A stretch of DNA of 32,000 nt, from sequence record MK605244.1; one strand, given 5' to 3'. A program made the position numbers and the translations under genes. Positions 18,901 to 25,968 of the stretch are shown one piece after another; position 1 is the stretch's first letter, and every line of letters starts with the position of its first letter. The stretch comes from Nodularia phage vB_NspS-kac65v162. The notes beneath the pieces were generated by a model. It saw only the letters and a list, made by a program, of their open reading frames with translations, ran no database searches and was not told the origin of the DNA.

Positions 18901-19843
18901 CAGGAGCTTAAGCTCTTTCGATTTACAAGAAAATAAGCCTCTAGAAGCTACCAGAGTTGTGGAGGTTGTTGTAGAGAAGTTAAATGTAGTTAGTGATAAG
19001 TCTCTAGAGTCTTCTAACAGACTAGAAGAAGCTAGCGACAACATAAAACAAGTAATTGAATCTTCATCATCTCTAAGTAGTGAGCAGCCTAAAATTAAAT
19101 CGCAGTTAGTTAGTGAAGAAGATCCATTAAATATTACACAGGCTCTGGGTAAGTTCGGTGATAGGGTAAAAAATTCCATAGAATCTATAGACCTAGGAGA
19201 TGGACGTGGTGATATTGCTGAAATAAGTAGGGAAAGAGAATCACGGTTTGTTACTTCTAGCGCTTACACAGAAGGTGACGAGAAGTTTAGAGACAGGTTG
19301 CAAGCTATGGTTAACTCCGGTGGCTATAGTGGTAAATCTCTACAGGAGTTACAGGCAACTTTGGATGAGGTGAATAAAAACATACAAGGTGGTATGCAAG
19401 GATCTAGTAAAGTAAAACCAAGGCTTAAACCAGTTATAACTAATACTTCTGACAGAGCAATAGTTGACACTTCTGACAGAGGTAACAGTGACATCCCACC
19501 TTCTCAAAGCAGTAGACCTAGAAAGAGAGGTATTAATCAACTTCAACCTGACTCTACAGATCCCACAGTTACCAGAAGGAACAAGCCTAGAGAAATCTTC
19601 AACCCCGACAAAATACAACCAGTACCCAAGGATAAAGTACCAACAATAATCACGCCTGACCAACGTGGAGATAGAATTACAACAAGGAATCCCGATGGTA
19701 GTGCGACACCTGCAACAATAACCCAAACTTACAATGTGTATTTCAGCAAGGATGACGCAGCTAGTGGTAAAGCTGCTGAAAACTTTACACAACAAGTTCG
19801 TAAGGAGTTGAAAGAAACTTTATTAATGGTAGGTAGAAAGTAG
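9905..19843 (+). CDS. Phage tail tape-measure protein (3312 aa)
   Basis: Very long ORF with a hydrophobic central segment ('SLGSVLA...LLGIILPVIEALAEFAATDVGQILLQVVLSVTLL'-type region), extended Gln/Glu-rich coiled coil, and 'GGxV...DTVPAMLTPGEFVVN' motifs common in tape-measure proteins. Followed by small putative tail genes. Confidence 0.88.
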   Translation: MTISTIDHALRIISNKTAAAALEVNKAFNQFPENLQLSLDYSNNSDTESAETLEQSAGTQQPIENSLLTSNPLAQIDSTETLQPEQIQSETVISPETHLLKDANRVLADYSRSSDNTKPDKPEQLVQSKQGEAVNVSLFSQPEQYELATEKVQPTANPLQVDITVNPIKADQKLDSVALSNGSFTVEQLRNSNPTERSLENKENSPKVDQNLYQTASNPSDDEALTLPENLDVIITNGADLDTKSDDVIKADNQKGYTPNISQPGDSALPIVTSTNSVTVNQDAIDITTVGKAGGLEPQQLTANTFTDSLLLSEPADLSSSTIIAATDKVPNQNIALTATNPANEQAETISVLGDATKVNPANLSENVAQITTIDNSGNISNQITNQAASDRTTKNDASDISTIGIDVDETVKSNLNGTDIISLTPSSRGGGVTGGDQPISEVQSGTLIKSDNSEESVEKVQGVSTPGALAANLDVTQENLNLSQDLNKQVDTASSREKSTNLDVGLVTSASPQLVTSADVTQLVATTQEATDKGDAQPDQLNYYWTTTNVDVKQQGSQPSPIRSSPLPTDSSSLSPNPYLAPGFAIDGIEYTTTTTTDQLGAVEQPDQTYVGSPTIYNQTERVINEDSTALNNREISTYEDNKSVERQKLDTGLGAESFSGENSSNTQSFTDDAVLVRGTVIIPGSDLNAAANTYFGASQTSESTSQSLTTGATIKQSKTADDLTPASNLGSFNTAAGDSTEGLVNTLLTTSQSENYTTSQKLTSDSGISSSSDDQMLTSTDTNSPSTVSTSLATSQIVTDGAGTDYFPNLSPSDQAGVSNVEQVNLSQIVAEVASVSLPNTTPNIGESNSPDYKTTLPRLTKISNQFGQEVYNTTPLFSDLSTSDFLQTRGYAFGGKVLPPISNSGSKPVAPSDTVPAMLTPGEFVVNAKDAQKNLPLLQLLNEGKSVEEVVGAEERTKVSQSKPDTSRVLKPTDSAFSAESVKVPVMLTPGEFVINSEATQENLNLLQNLNKGSDVTNNSEQLTNLEVGKAIAPPQPTVSRETVQQPTTGEKTLQLDSAKTKETVSTSKPQENQPKSVDITTLPVDNAALNSDPNQVQGYASGGLVTPSSGGTGSPPPPPPPTTGGTPNQPGGFDPQQILRLAQFTKQAYAEAEALTRALGVQANTVQKALIAMKALTAAGADYTTQVDFLRKALGITQSQFDTLTAKQEEYAEAQKQVELNSPQRASKVASLAKSTGQTFQEADDLSVDLQLPPEVIEKAVQSVDKLKKSGADVNEQFQLLNDTLGINLSQFEEIDRVQTEAEFRRIQSAEAIKRAKEAALAIAKEEQELARRPAQTLKLAQATKQPFQEAERFSQSVGLNPATILEALNAIKQLQQAGASLIEQQSFLNTTLGITDTQFQELIATQGSYTEDQRALAEQTASDAQAIAQQQQAEKERINAAKAAQQKNSATISLASSTGLTFDEAAQKSQSIGLDPAAIQQGLVVIDQLNAVNADAATQYQVLSSSIDLTEDQFAELQQLQQELASQSSGDGGGFLGSLRDSAKGVFDGVSKIGFAFQGVQAIVATFRAQLSGAYDKLVQQNVTLQEQLLGTQASLAATNRVIANGLEIKDPTKAIQALEKPLADAIARLRESSLDLVGVTSADLIPIFQFIAQESTNIGASLSESSDLTVSFAAAMGTLKIPLFQARQEILSILQGQIIMDSQLAKNIGLNNEMVNKWKAQGVLVERLNERLAAFASGNKLAAQTIDGIGSNIQEILDEVTRLAGEPLLDPIVKQLGLLYDFLKDNKEELAAVISDAINFFLTVGDSLALVIEGLKPVFESLASIGLDTFSAAGQLAASVINSLIAVLVAMTPVLASLLGIILPVIEALAEFAATDVGQILLQVVLSVTLLSNSLVVFKVTLVAANVVLTLFTTALAASGGGLVGFLVALTKVYPGLALFTAMVAKAGGSIVGFTAALGASLLPIVAAAAPFVGLAVAVGSVLALISAGMAEDKQRAINEYGKQFNTVADNALKTSQALKDLNDTEKITGKLTEEETKKRDQLRKVAGNQVELIKAQVDELKKFNQANPNNQTKVQISLAERYIKTLENQSGATKTTAKDVEDLGNSYEQMGNLARDAQTKLNYDGLSNAPAATTADYQKAADDLLKITAKAYELGQLAATNSAEIGKRSSEIAITLLEQIRDDTKLTYETQLAAQQEITKVRQIEVDKQVAGVEIQQSKIQSLISGEVVSQQEGQRRISLEKEKQLNIQTEALRKQLAEEIELRRRLVEGNSQETKESITRIQSEIATIEAKGTDDKLSEQDRANKLRLQSELNYLQEVAKQKSLVEDVDKELIDNEKKRAEITKKIRDDEAAGKKANPDDVSEARRLQAVTDQLNAKKESAQASLKEETKSQTDIKNNISKNEAAIASEQKARLDASRQERLKDYDEQLQETDSLYSRYLITQEEFNLKSRDLAVAKAKDELNQLSELAKTTTDKEGLEVIGARQSVLFKEIEDIEEKYLADRAKNKQTFLDVELKQLEANYAEGNVSTAEYNDQSFELARERTTNEIAEINRIRAYTRSDDAVRLAELDAREAEVRSRFQASQEKLRQEQVSQLELAQKESLQVVKESEIERLTTISQLESDLAIKREEADVLKGEAARETAEAEIELEKEKLDQLEALQPLDNEQMERERLLNLAGLRLSIAQRTKSLIDDEVQQRERLYNVIADRLSKEQKQLQNIATEKQQAIQKETQLQSFLKTSLDQQNQLLNARKDLVSSTQNFLTGQLSILSQTTKNSREQKAIAEAEAQIRLNSVQSQFETERLLLDLKIQQRDLALEQQKIQLESQAIAAQAEGKQAEIELRKLEARRKQGLRVSDDEFEIARLNIEGNQIKQSGIAQQQVGLERQGQINQVLDQQELLKLNREEVLASDKARLDLANNRVRRSDRRRDIRELREDIGERLDVENLSGEGISRKKIVALGRNFDPGRLQLPRLLDGNGTNQQDTGRRQEVNRSLSSFDLQENKPLEATRVVEVVVEKLNVVSDKSLESSNRLEEASDNIKQVIESSSSLSSEQPKIKSQLVSEEDPLNITQALGKFGDRVKNSIESIDLGDGRGDIAEISRERESRFVTSSAYTEGDEKFRDRLQAMVNSGGYSGKSLQELQATLDEVNKNIQGGMQGSSKVKPRLKPVITNTSDRAIVDTSDRGNSDIPPSQSSRPRKRGINQLQPDSTDPTVTRRNKPREIFNPDKIQPVPKDKVPTIITPDQRGDRITTRNPDGSATPATITQTYNVYFSKDDAASGKAAENFTQQVRKELKETLLMVGRK
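13322..14500 (+). repeat. Four degenerate protein-level tandem repeats of about 95-115 aa in the tape-measure protein
   Basis: Recurring 'LAxxTxQxFxEAxxxSxxLGLxPxxIxxALxxIxxLxxAGAxxxxQxxFLNxTLGITxxQFxEL'. Confidence 0.75.
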
Positions 19844-19893
19844 TTTTAAAGCTAATCTCGGTTATTATTAGTTAATAACCGAGATTATAATTT

Positions 19894-20127
19894 ATGAAGC
19901 ACCTTAACCCATCTCAAGACAGTATCATTCCTTATGGCTCTACCGGCAGTGATGAGATAGTAGAGATACACCAGCAACCTGTAGCGTCCGAGATTAGATA
20001 CTATAGTGACTTTCTAGACTCTATTTGTCCCACTCCTGAACAGTTGGCAGATTACCTCACAGAACCTAATGAGCCAACATTCTTGGATAGGCTGGCGAAT
20101 GCTTTGCGGTTAAGGCAGCAAGGTTAG
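19894..20127 (+). CDS. Hypothetical protein (77 aa), putative tail operon
   Basis: ORF with start shortly after the tape-measure gene, collinear. Confidence 0.55.
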   Translation: MKHLNPSQDSIIPYGSTGSDEIVEIHQQPVASEIRYYSDFLDSICPTPEQLADYLTEPNEPTFLDRLANALRLRQQG

Positions 20128-20133
20128 AAACTT

Positions 20134-20724
20134 ATGACACTTTTAGCTGATATTCAAGCTGCACAGGTTTGCTGGCAGTTCCCGCTAACCAGAAAAAGAA
20201 TATTAATCAGAACACCTATTTCACTTGTTTCTCAGCTCAATCCACAGTTGAAGGATCTACATCTATTCGATCCTAACAACTATGATGTAGATGACACCGA
20301 CGCTTATGTTTACTTAGTCTTGATGCCCGGTTACAGCCCTTCCAATAACTTCCAAGCTGAACGTGGTTTTCAAACGCAATTCTCTAATAGGGCTGCTGTA
20401 TATTCAACCCGTGAGCGTACCTTCGAGGCTACTGTAGCCCAACCGCAAGCATTTCTCTATTATATAGTGAACCGGCTAGTTGCTATAAGTGAAACGAGTG
20501 CTTTAGCTACCCACGCACCAATTAAAATTATTGATACTTGCCTACCTGAAGGTGCTGGTCTTGCGTCCAGTGTCACGATTCAGGGCGGTGATTTGGGGAC
20601 TATCAGATATGGGCGAATAGATATCACTAAGGAGCCTGCTGCTGGTTTGATTTCCTTTGAAGGGTCTGATTACTGTGTGGGTTCTTGGTCATTTAAGTTT
20701 ACAGAACTTGCTTTGAGGGTTTAG
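20134..20724 (+). CDS. Hypothetical protein (196 aa), putative tail-associated
   Basis: Well-formed ORF, starts 7 nt after the preceding gene; positional inference only. Confidence 0.65.
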   Translation: MTLLADIQAAQVCWQFPLTRKRILIRTPISLVSQLNPQLKDLHLFDPNNYDVDDTDAYVYLVLMPGYSPSNNFQAERGFQTQFSNRAAVYSTRERTFEATVAQPQAFLYYIVNRLVAISETSALATHAPIKIIDTCLPEGAGLASSVTIQGGDLGTIRYGRIDITKEPAAGLISFEGSDYCVGSWSFKFTELALRV

Positions 20725-20726
20725 AC

Positions 20727-20873
20727 ATGGATGAATTAGAACCGATGTACGAGCTTCACTGGTCGCGTCAATTACCGGAAAATGTCGAAAGTGCGATCGC
20801 GTCTGCTGTTTGGAAGCATAGTTTTGATTTACCAGTTAATTTATTATGGAAGCTTTTACTATTTACAACTTAG
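20727..20873 (+). CDS. Small ORF (48 aa) overlapping the next gene
   Basis: Read directly: MDELEPMYELHWSRQLPENVESAIASAVWKHSFDLPVNLLWKLLLFTT*. Starts 3 nt after the previous stop and overlaps 20846-21043 by 28 nt. Confidence 0.45.
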   Translation: MDELEPMYELHWSRQLPENVESAIASAVWKHSFDLPVNLLWKLLLFTT

Positions 20874-21043
20874 ATGGGTTCTCACCTGAAGTACAGGTGA
20901 TTACTAACGAGTACCTGGAAGCATCTACAGGTGGTAGTTTAGAGCAGTTCGAGGCAGCAGAAACTAAGTTTTATGTTGACATGGAGGACATTGGCGCTGA
21001 GGGCGATGTCTTATATTCTCTGGAAATGGAACTAGGAATGTAA
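20846..21043 (+). CDS. Hypothetical acidic protein (65 aa)
   Basis: Complete ORF followed by a strong terminator. Confidence 0.5.
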   Translation: MEAFTIYNLDGFSPEVQVITNEYLEASTGGSLEQFEAAETKFYVDMEDIGAEGDVLYSLEMELGM

Positions 21044-21062
21044 GGTTATGGTGGAGGACGGA

Positions 21063-21094
21063 ACCCGCGAGATACTATATCTCGCGGGTTTTTT
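21063..21094 (+). terminator. Rho-independent terminator ending the putative tail operon
   Basis: ACCCGCGAGAT-ACTAT-ATCTCGCGGGT followed by TTTTT. Confidence 0.9.
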
Positions 21095-21104
21095 AATGCT
21101 TATC

Positions 21105-21136
21105 TCACTTATTTTAAATTCAGTATAATTACGGTT
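21105..21136 (+). promoter_or_regulatory. Candidate promoter with repeated motif, copy 1
   Basis: TCACTTA-N4-AAATTCAGTATAATTACGGTT, with TATAAT as a -10. The same spacing and sequence recur at 21596-21627. Confidence 0.6.
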
Positions 21137-21197
21137 TACTTTACTTTAGCTCATTACGATAGTGGTTATATAGGCAAACAGGGGAAAGGTAAAACTG

Positions 21198-21527
21198 ATG
21201 ACAACAGAAGAAATTAATCAAGCGCTGGAATCTAAAGAAGTTGAGTGTGCGGTTATGGAAAGTTCTGTAGCTAAACAGTTACAACCAGGAGATACAATAT
21301 TTTATGGTTTCCATAATCGATACCCTTTAAAAGAAACGACAGTGTTAAATGTGGTCAGAGGTGTTGTCAAAACAGCAGATGGTATAGGCTTCTCAACCAA
21401 GAGGCATGACTGCATTTCAACCAAACTATATAAAACAGGAAAGATTTGGTACGGTGAGCTGCAATCAGAATACTACTGTGCTTACTTACCATCTGAGATT
21501 GAGGAAGCGATTGCACAATCTGAGTAG
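21198..21527 (+). CDS. Hypothetical protein (109 aa)
   Basis: ORF flanked by promoter-like motif and terminator. Confidence 0.6.
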   Translation: MTTEEINQALESKEVECAVMESSVAKQLQPGDTIFYGFHNRYPLKETTVLNVVRGVVKTADGIGFSTKRHDCISTKLYKTGKIWYGELQSEYYCAYLPSEIEEAIAQSE

Positions 21528-21558
21528 GTGGTCTAAAGAAAATAAACAAATAGATAAT

Positions 21559-21586
21559 AACCCTCCACTAGTGAGGGTTTTTTTTC
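21559..21586 (+). terminator. Rho-independent terminator
   Basis: AACCCTC-CACTAGT-GAGGGTT followed by a T tract. Confidence 0.85.
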
Positions 21587-21595
21587 ATGTTTATA

Positions 21596-21627
21596 TCACT
21601 TACTCCAAATTCAGTATAATTACGGTT
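21596..21627 (+). promoter_or_regulatory. Candidate promoter with repeated motif, copy 2
   Basis: TCACTTA-CTCC-AAATTCAGTATAATTACGGTT; see copy 1. Confidence 0.6.
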
Positions 21628-21710
21628 GTCTATAAAGTGGTACAGGTGAGATAGTAGTTATATGAACCACAGCAAAGTTTCAAGTTCACTGCGGCAACAA
21701 GGAGAATCTT

Positions 21711-22241
21711 ATGACTACTTTAACACAGCCCCGCATCAAGTCCGCTAACCGTAAAGCCAAATCTATCCGCCAAATCACCCCAACCTATTACGAAGTTACA
21801 GGTGACACAGGTAATGTGTACCATATTGACACTTTCTTTGGTGAGTGTTCATGTCCCGCAGGTCAACATGGCAAGGACTGCTACCACCAACTTGCTGTGC
21901 GCGAATATCAACAAGCTCAACTTAACCAAGTTGTTGACATACGCAACGGTGCAACACTGGGGCAAGCACTCACTACTTGCAGAGATTATGGGTTTACTCC
22001 TGTGATCGAAAAGGTAGATCATAAATCATCTACCGTCACAGTTAAGTTACTAAGATTCGGACGAGCAATCGCTTTTCTTGAGATCAACAAGCTCATGAGT
22101 AGTGTTGAAGCTAGGTTTGCTGATAGCTCCAAGTTTCGGTATTGTAGATGGGGTATAAACAACGCCCCGTTAATAGAAGCATTGAACCGGCTAATCGATG
22201 AAGAATGCTCCGATGCTAGATTATCGATTTTCGGGCTGTAG
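21711..22241 (+). CDS. SWIM zinc-finger domain protein (176 aa)
   Basis: 'YEVTGDTGNVYHIDTFFGECSCPAGQHGKDCYHQLAV' fits the SWIM pattern CxCxnCxH. Confidence 0.75.
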   Translation: MTTLTQPRIKSANRKAKSIRQITPTYYEVTGDTGNVYHIDTFFGECSCPAGQHGKDCYHQLAVREYQQAQLNQVVDIRNGATLGQALTTCRDYGFTPVIEKVDHKSSTVTVKLLRFGRAIAFLEINKLMSSVEARFADSSKFRYCRWGINNAPLIEALNRLIDEECSDARLSIFGL

Positions 22242-22362
22242 TGATACACTTATCAACAGATAACGTTTACACTGATCGCAGTCGAAAACCTGTGGTCATT
22301 TTACTATTTAAACTATTCCCAATAAAGTTGTGGTAGACTTTGAAACAGTCGATATAAACGAG

Positions 22363-22707
22363 ATGAGTGGTATGAACAGACAAGAATTAGTACAGGCTGT
22401 TGTTGATGCAGCTAGACAGGATGGTGAAGTTATTAGCCAAAAAGCGGCTAACAGTATCATAGGTTATGCTTTGGGGGTAATTAAAGACGCTGTGGCTGCG
22501 GGTGATAAGGTAATTTTAGTAGGCTTTGGTTCGTTTGAGCCACGTCAACGCAGTGCCAGAATGGGGCGTAACCCACAAACCAACGAAGCTATTGAAATTC
22601 CTGCCACTACAACAGTAGGTTTTAAAGCTGGTAAAGATTTTCGTGACCAAGTGGCTGGTAAAGGTGTTGTGTCTGAGGAGCTTGTAACTGCGGATGCCCA
22701 AACCTGA
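22363..22707 (+). CDS. HU/IHF-family DNA-binding protein
   Basis: 'MNRQELVQAVVDAA...AANSIIGYALGVIKDAVAAGDKVILVGFGSFEPRQRSARMGRNPQTNEAIEIPATTTVGFKAGKDFRDQV'. The tracked start is GTG 22330; ATG 22363 is more likely. Confidence 0.93.
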   Translation: MSGMNRQELVQAVVDAARQDGEVISQKAANSIIGYALGVIKDAVAAGDKVILVGFGSFEPRQRSARMGRNPQTNEAIEIPATTTVGFKAGKDFRDQVAGKGVVSEELVTADAQT

Positions 22708-22806
22708 TGAAAAGCCTAAGCAAAATCCAAAACCATCTAAGGAAAGGCAACTGACAGCTAAAGACAGCATTAAGAATTTTGGGTTAGGGAAATAGTTATA
22801 GAGAAC

Positions 22807-22843
22807 CCTTGTTAGATGTAGCGTTTAACAAGGTTTTTATTTT
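22807..22843 (+). terminator. Terminator after the HU gene
   Basis: CCTTGTTA...TAACAAGG followed by TTTTTATTTTT. Confidence 0.7.
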
Positions 22844-22931
22844 TGTGTTTAAACTATCATGGTTATATTTCGGTATGAGTTGTCCCCAATTGAATATAAT
22901 ATAATATAAATAGCAAAACACATTTAAATGC

Positions 22932-23549
22932 ATGGCACTAAACTCAAAACAGCTTTATCCAATTGGATATCTACCGACAGCGCCAGAAGATGATTTAGGT
23001 GTTGTACAACCTCAAGACGGGTTAGCCGTTACACCAGAGGGTATTCTAACAGTTACTCCGGCTACTACTACCACAATTGGGGGAGTAATTGTTGGTGACG
23101 GATTAAGTATAGATCCTACAGGTTTGCTCACTTCTGATTTTAATTTAGGAAGACTAACCTACCTTCTGACTACGACAGCGATCGCCCCTAACGCAAACCT
23201 GCAAACATTTTTAGAAATTGCACAAGACTTTATTCTTTTGCAGGTGGCTACAGACATTCCTGCCAGGGTCAGAATTTATAACAACGCTACCTACCAGAAC
23301 AGTGATGTCACCCGCTCTTTGATGACAGAAGACAGCAACACGGGTGTAGTTACAGCTAATGCTCCGAGTGGCGATCATGGCGTGTTGGCTGATTTTGTGA
23401 CTTCTGGGAGCTACCTAACTATCAATACTAGCCCGGTAATTGTTATCCCAGCCATTCCCGCTTCTGCGATTGTGCCAATTACAATCACTAATTTGTCTGC
23501 TACTACACAGGTAATTAATATTAATTTACTCACTATCAAATTAGGTTAA
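22932..23549 (+). CDS. Putative phage tail fibre/appendage protein (205 aa)
   Basis: 'PQDGLAVTPEGILTVTPATTTTIGGVIVGDGLSIDPTGLLT' resembles 'GGVxVGDGLSIDxxGxLS'-type fibre modules. Confidence 0.6.
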   Translation: MALNSKQLYPIGYLPTAPEDDLGVVQPQDGLAVTPEGILTVTPATTTTIGGVIVGDGLSIDPTGLLTSDFNLGRLTYLLTTTAIAPNANLQTFLEIAQDFILLQVATDIPARVRIYNNATYQNSDVTRSLMTEDSNTGVVTANAPSGDHGVLADFVTSGSYLTINTSPVIVIPAIPASAIVPITITNLSATTQVININLLTIKLG

Positions 23550-23553
23550 ATCC

Positions 23554-24348
23554 ATGCCAAACGCAGTTATTACGACACAGAATTTTATTGTTAATGGAAC
23601 ACAGATTGATTATCTGAATAACATAGCCGCATCGATGGTTATAGCGGGCTTTACCGAAATTGACAGCTATGCAGACGGTGCTAATAGTTTCAAGGTGTTT
23701 AGTTTTGATGCCGACGCTACTAAAACCTACGGAAAAATGATTTTACGTGTGGGATTTACTACCAACACGAACATGACTATAACAGGCTTTAGCTCTTGGA
23801 ATGCTGCTGCAAACACAGGGACAGACCCTAGCACCGTGAACAAAGCAGTAGCATTAACAGATTCTGTAACAGCCCAAACCTGCAATCATCCTGAAGTTAG
23901 GGGTGTAATGCTAACACGAACTTCAGCCCCTTTCTGTTTCATAGGCTACTTTAGACCTCCAGCACCTAATAACGGATGGTGGGATCAAAATCAATCGTCT
24001 TTAGGGTTTATCGAGAGAGGGAATACTTCATCTTGGCAATCATCAGCAATGCAGACAATTAGTAATTTAAGACCGTCTGCAATTAGCGCAAGTTTAGGAG
24101 TAGCTACAATGTCAAATAACAACATCGGCAATAGTAGCAATAGCAATTACAGAATGTCAGGCGGTGTTGCCATGTCTGTCATTAGTAGTTTCAACTTCTT
24201 GTCTTTCTCATCTGATTTAATTGGCTCCGCAACAGTAGGGATGGACACGCTATCTAAAATTCAGATTGTGCCAGGTGCTGAAGAGTATGCAATTTTTGAC
24301 GGTGGGTCTTCAAGTGTTGGCAACCGCATAGCGGTGAGGGTAATTTAA
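23554..24348 (+). CDS. Putative virion surface/tail-associated protein (264 aa)
   Basis: Starts 5 nt after the fibre-like gene; Gly/Ser/Asn-rich beta-type composition. Confidence 0.5.
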   Translation: MPNAVITTQNFIVNGTQIDYLNNIAASMVIAGFTEIDSYADGANSFKVFSFDADATKTYGKMILRVGFTTNTNMTITGFSSWNAAANTGTDPSTVNKAVALTDSVTAQTCNHPEVRGVMLTRTSAPFCFIGYFRPPAPNNGWWDQNQSSLGFIERGNTSSWQSSAMQTISNLRPSAISASLGVATMSNNNIGNSSNSNYRMSGGVAMSVISSFNFLSFSSDLIGSATVGMDTLSKIQIVPGAEEYAIFDGGSSSVGNRIAVRVI

Positions 24349-24533
24349 TGAGCGACCAACCCGGAATTAAACTACTGAGAATGTCAATTATTGAAGGTAC
24401 TTACGTAGCAGAAAGCTTTAGAGTTTCAGAGGAAGGCGGGGGGTGTTCTATATCTCCTGATCCTGGAGATCCTGATCCGCCGCCTCCTCCATCTGGGTCA
24501 GTTATAATTGTCAACTTGCTGCGATTAGCGTAA
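24348..24533 (+). CDS. Small Pro/Gly-tailed protein (61 aa)
   Basis: TAATG stop/start overlap with the previous gene; 'SPDPGDPDPPPPPSGS' linker. Confidence 0.5.
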   Translation: MSDQPGIKLLRMSIIEGTYVAESFRVSEEGGGCSISPDPGDPDPPPPPSGSVIIVNLLRLA

Positions 24534-24556
24534 AGTTAGCAAGTTTGCAAACAGTT

Positions 24557-24700
24557 GTGGAACAACATTTAAGCAGTTTTGGACATAATTCGACCGTAGA
24601 AAATATGCACAAAATACATCAAAAGCTATTTCATTTAGAAGCTGTGGTAAACGTTCAAAGCAAGTATGCAGAAGTGTTGAAAAGTTTGGGGAGGGAGTAA
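24557..24700 (+). CDS. Small ORF (47 aa, GTG start)
   Basis: VEQHLSSFGHNSTVENMHKIHQKLFHLEAVVNVQSKYAEVLKSLGRE*; between the fibre-region genes and the IS right end. Confidence 0.35.
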   Translation: MEQHLSSFGHNSTVENMHKIHQKLFHLEAVVNVQSKYAEVLKSLGRE

Positions 24701-24726
24701 TTTAGTTTAAATCCTCGTTTAAATCC

Positions 24727-25968
24727 TCAACCGACTTTGACACTCCCCACGGCTAGAAGCCGTGGGGATTCTTGCGTCACAGGGATTCCAACGAATTTAC
24801 CCTCAGCAAGCATCTTTACCGTCTGCCCGACGGCTGCAAGTCCTCTAATCAGAACTACTTGAGCGGCTGCAACATCTCTATCAGTTGTATAGCCACAATG
24901 TTCACAAACATGAACACGCTGTGACAACTCTTTTTTACCCGTTTCTATTCTACAATTAGGGCAAATCTGAGAAGTCTTTCGGCTATCTACTTTCTGGAAA
25001 AATACACCACGCTTAAAACAACACTGCTCCAGAATTTCAAAGAATTGTCCCCATCCAGCATCTAGACAATGCTTGCCAAGTATTCCCCTGGACAATCCCA
25101 CTAAATTCAAATCTTCTACAAAGATAGTTTGAGCAGTATCACAAAGTTGATGTGCTATTTTCCAATGAAAGTCCTTTCTAGTATTAGCAATATGTTCATG
25201 CAATTTTGCCACTTTCTTTTGAGCTTTGTGCCAATTATTTGACCCTTTAACTTTACGACTAACTCTTTGTTGCAGCAATTTAAGCTGGCGTTGGAGGTCT
25301 ACAAAGAATTTAGGGCGTTGAACACAAAGTCCACCAGAAGTAGCAACAAAACTGATTAATCCCACATCGACACCAATTGCTTCTCCCACTGGTTGATGTT
25401 GAGGAACAGACACATTCCATTGCAATGTTAACATTGCATACCATCCAGATACCCGTTTGACAATTCTCACTTGTTTAACTGTTGCATCTGTGGGAATCTC
25501 ACGGGATTTTCTCAACCTTACCCATCCAATTCCAGGGAGTTTAACAGCATTGTTTTTTAAGGGTTCTTTTCCTAGTTGCGGAAATACAAAAGAACGGAAC
25601 TGCCCAGCTTTCTTAAAACGAGGGAATCCAAAATTGCGCTCCCATAAGGAAGTGAAAGCATTTTCCAGTCTTTTGAGTGTTTGTTGCAATACCTGAGAAT
25701 GGACACTTTTTAATTCTGGATATTGTTCCTTTGCTGCAGTTAATGATTTACACTGAATTGAGTAGGTAGGGCGTGGTGTATCTGCGGGGATAATGTATTC
25801 AGAATGCAATGAACAAGCGTTAATTTGACAGGAGCGGGATTTATACCAATGCTTGCGTTCTGCTAAGGCATAGTTATAGACTTCGCGGTTAATTTCTAAC
25901 CAGCCTTGAAAGATTTTTATTTGCTGCTTAGTTGGTTTTAGTCGAAACTCATAAGTCAAAGAAAACAC
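24727..25968 (-). CDS. tnpB: RNA-guided endonuclease TnpB/OrfB, IS605 family (413 aa)
   Basis: 'IGVDVGLISF', 'IFVEDLNLVGLSRG', 'CPNCRIETGKKELSQRVHVCEHCGYTTDRDVAAAQV'. Catalytic residues look intact. Confidence 0.95.
   Translation of the reverse strand: MFSLTYEFRLKPTKQQIKIFQGWLEINREVYNYALAERKHWYKSRSCQINACSLHSEYIIPADTPRPTYSIQCKSLTAAKEQYPELKSVHSQVLQQTLKRLENAFTSLWERNFGFPRFKKAGQFRSFVFPQLGKEPLKNNAVKLPGIGWVRLRKSREIPTDATVKQVRIVKRVSGWYAMLTLQWNVSVPQHQPVGEAIGVDVGLISFVATSGGLCVQRPKFFVDLQRQLKLLQQRVSRKVKGSNNWHKAQKKVAKLHEHIANTRKDFHWKIAHQLCDTAQTIFVEDLNLVGLSRGILGKHCLDAGWGQFFEILEQCCFKRGVFFQKVDSRKTSQICPNCRIETGKKELSQRVHVCEHCGYTTDRDVAAAQVVLIRGLAAVGQTVKMLAEGKFVGIPVTQESPRLLAVGSVKVG

Noticed and set aside
10747-19179. 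Many minus-strand ORFs inside the tape-measure gene (for example 10747-11043, 12793-13197, 17782-18042, 18868-19179)
   Set aside because: Antisense shadows of a clearly coding 9.9 kb frame; low-complexity Ser/Cys/Thr-rich translations with no recognisable domains.
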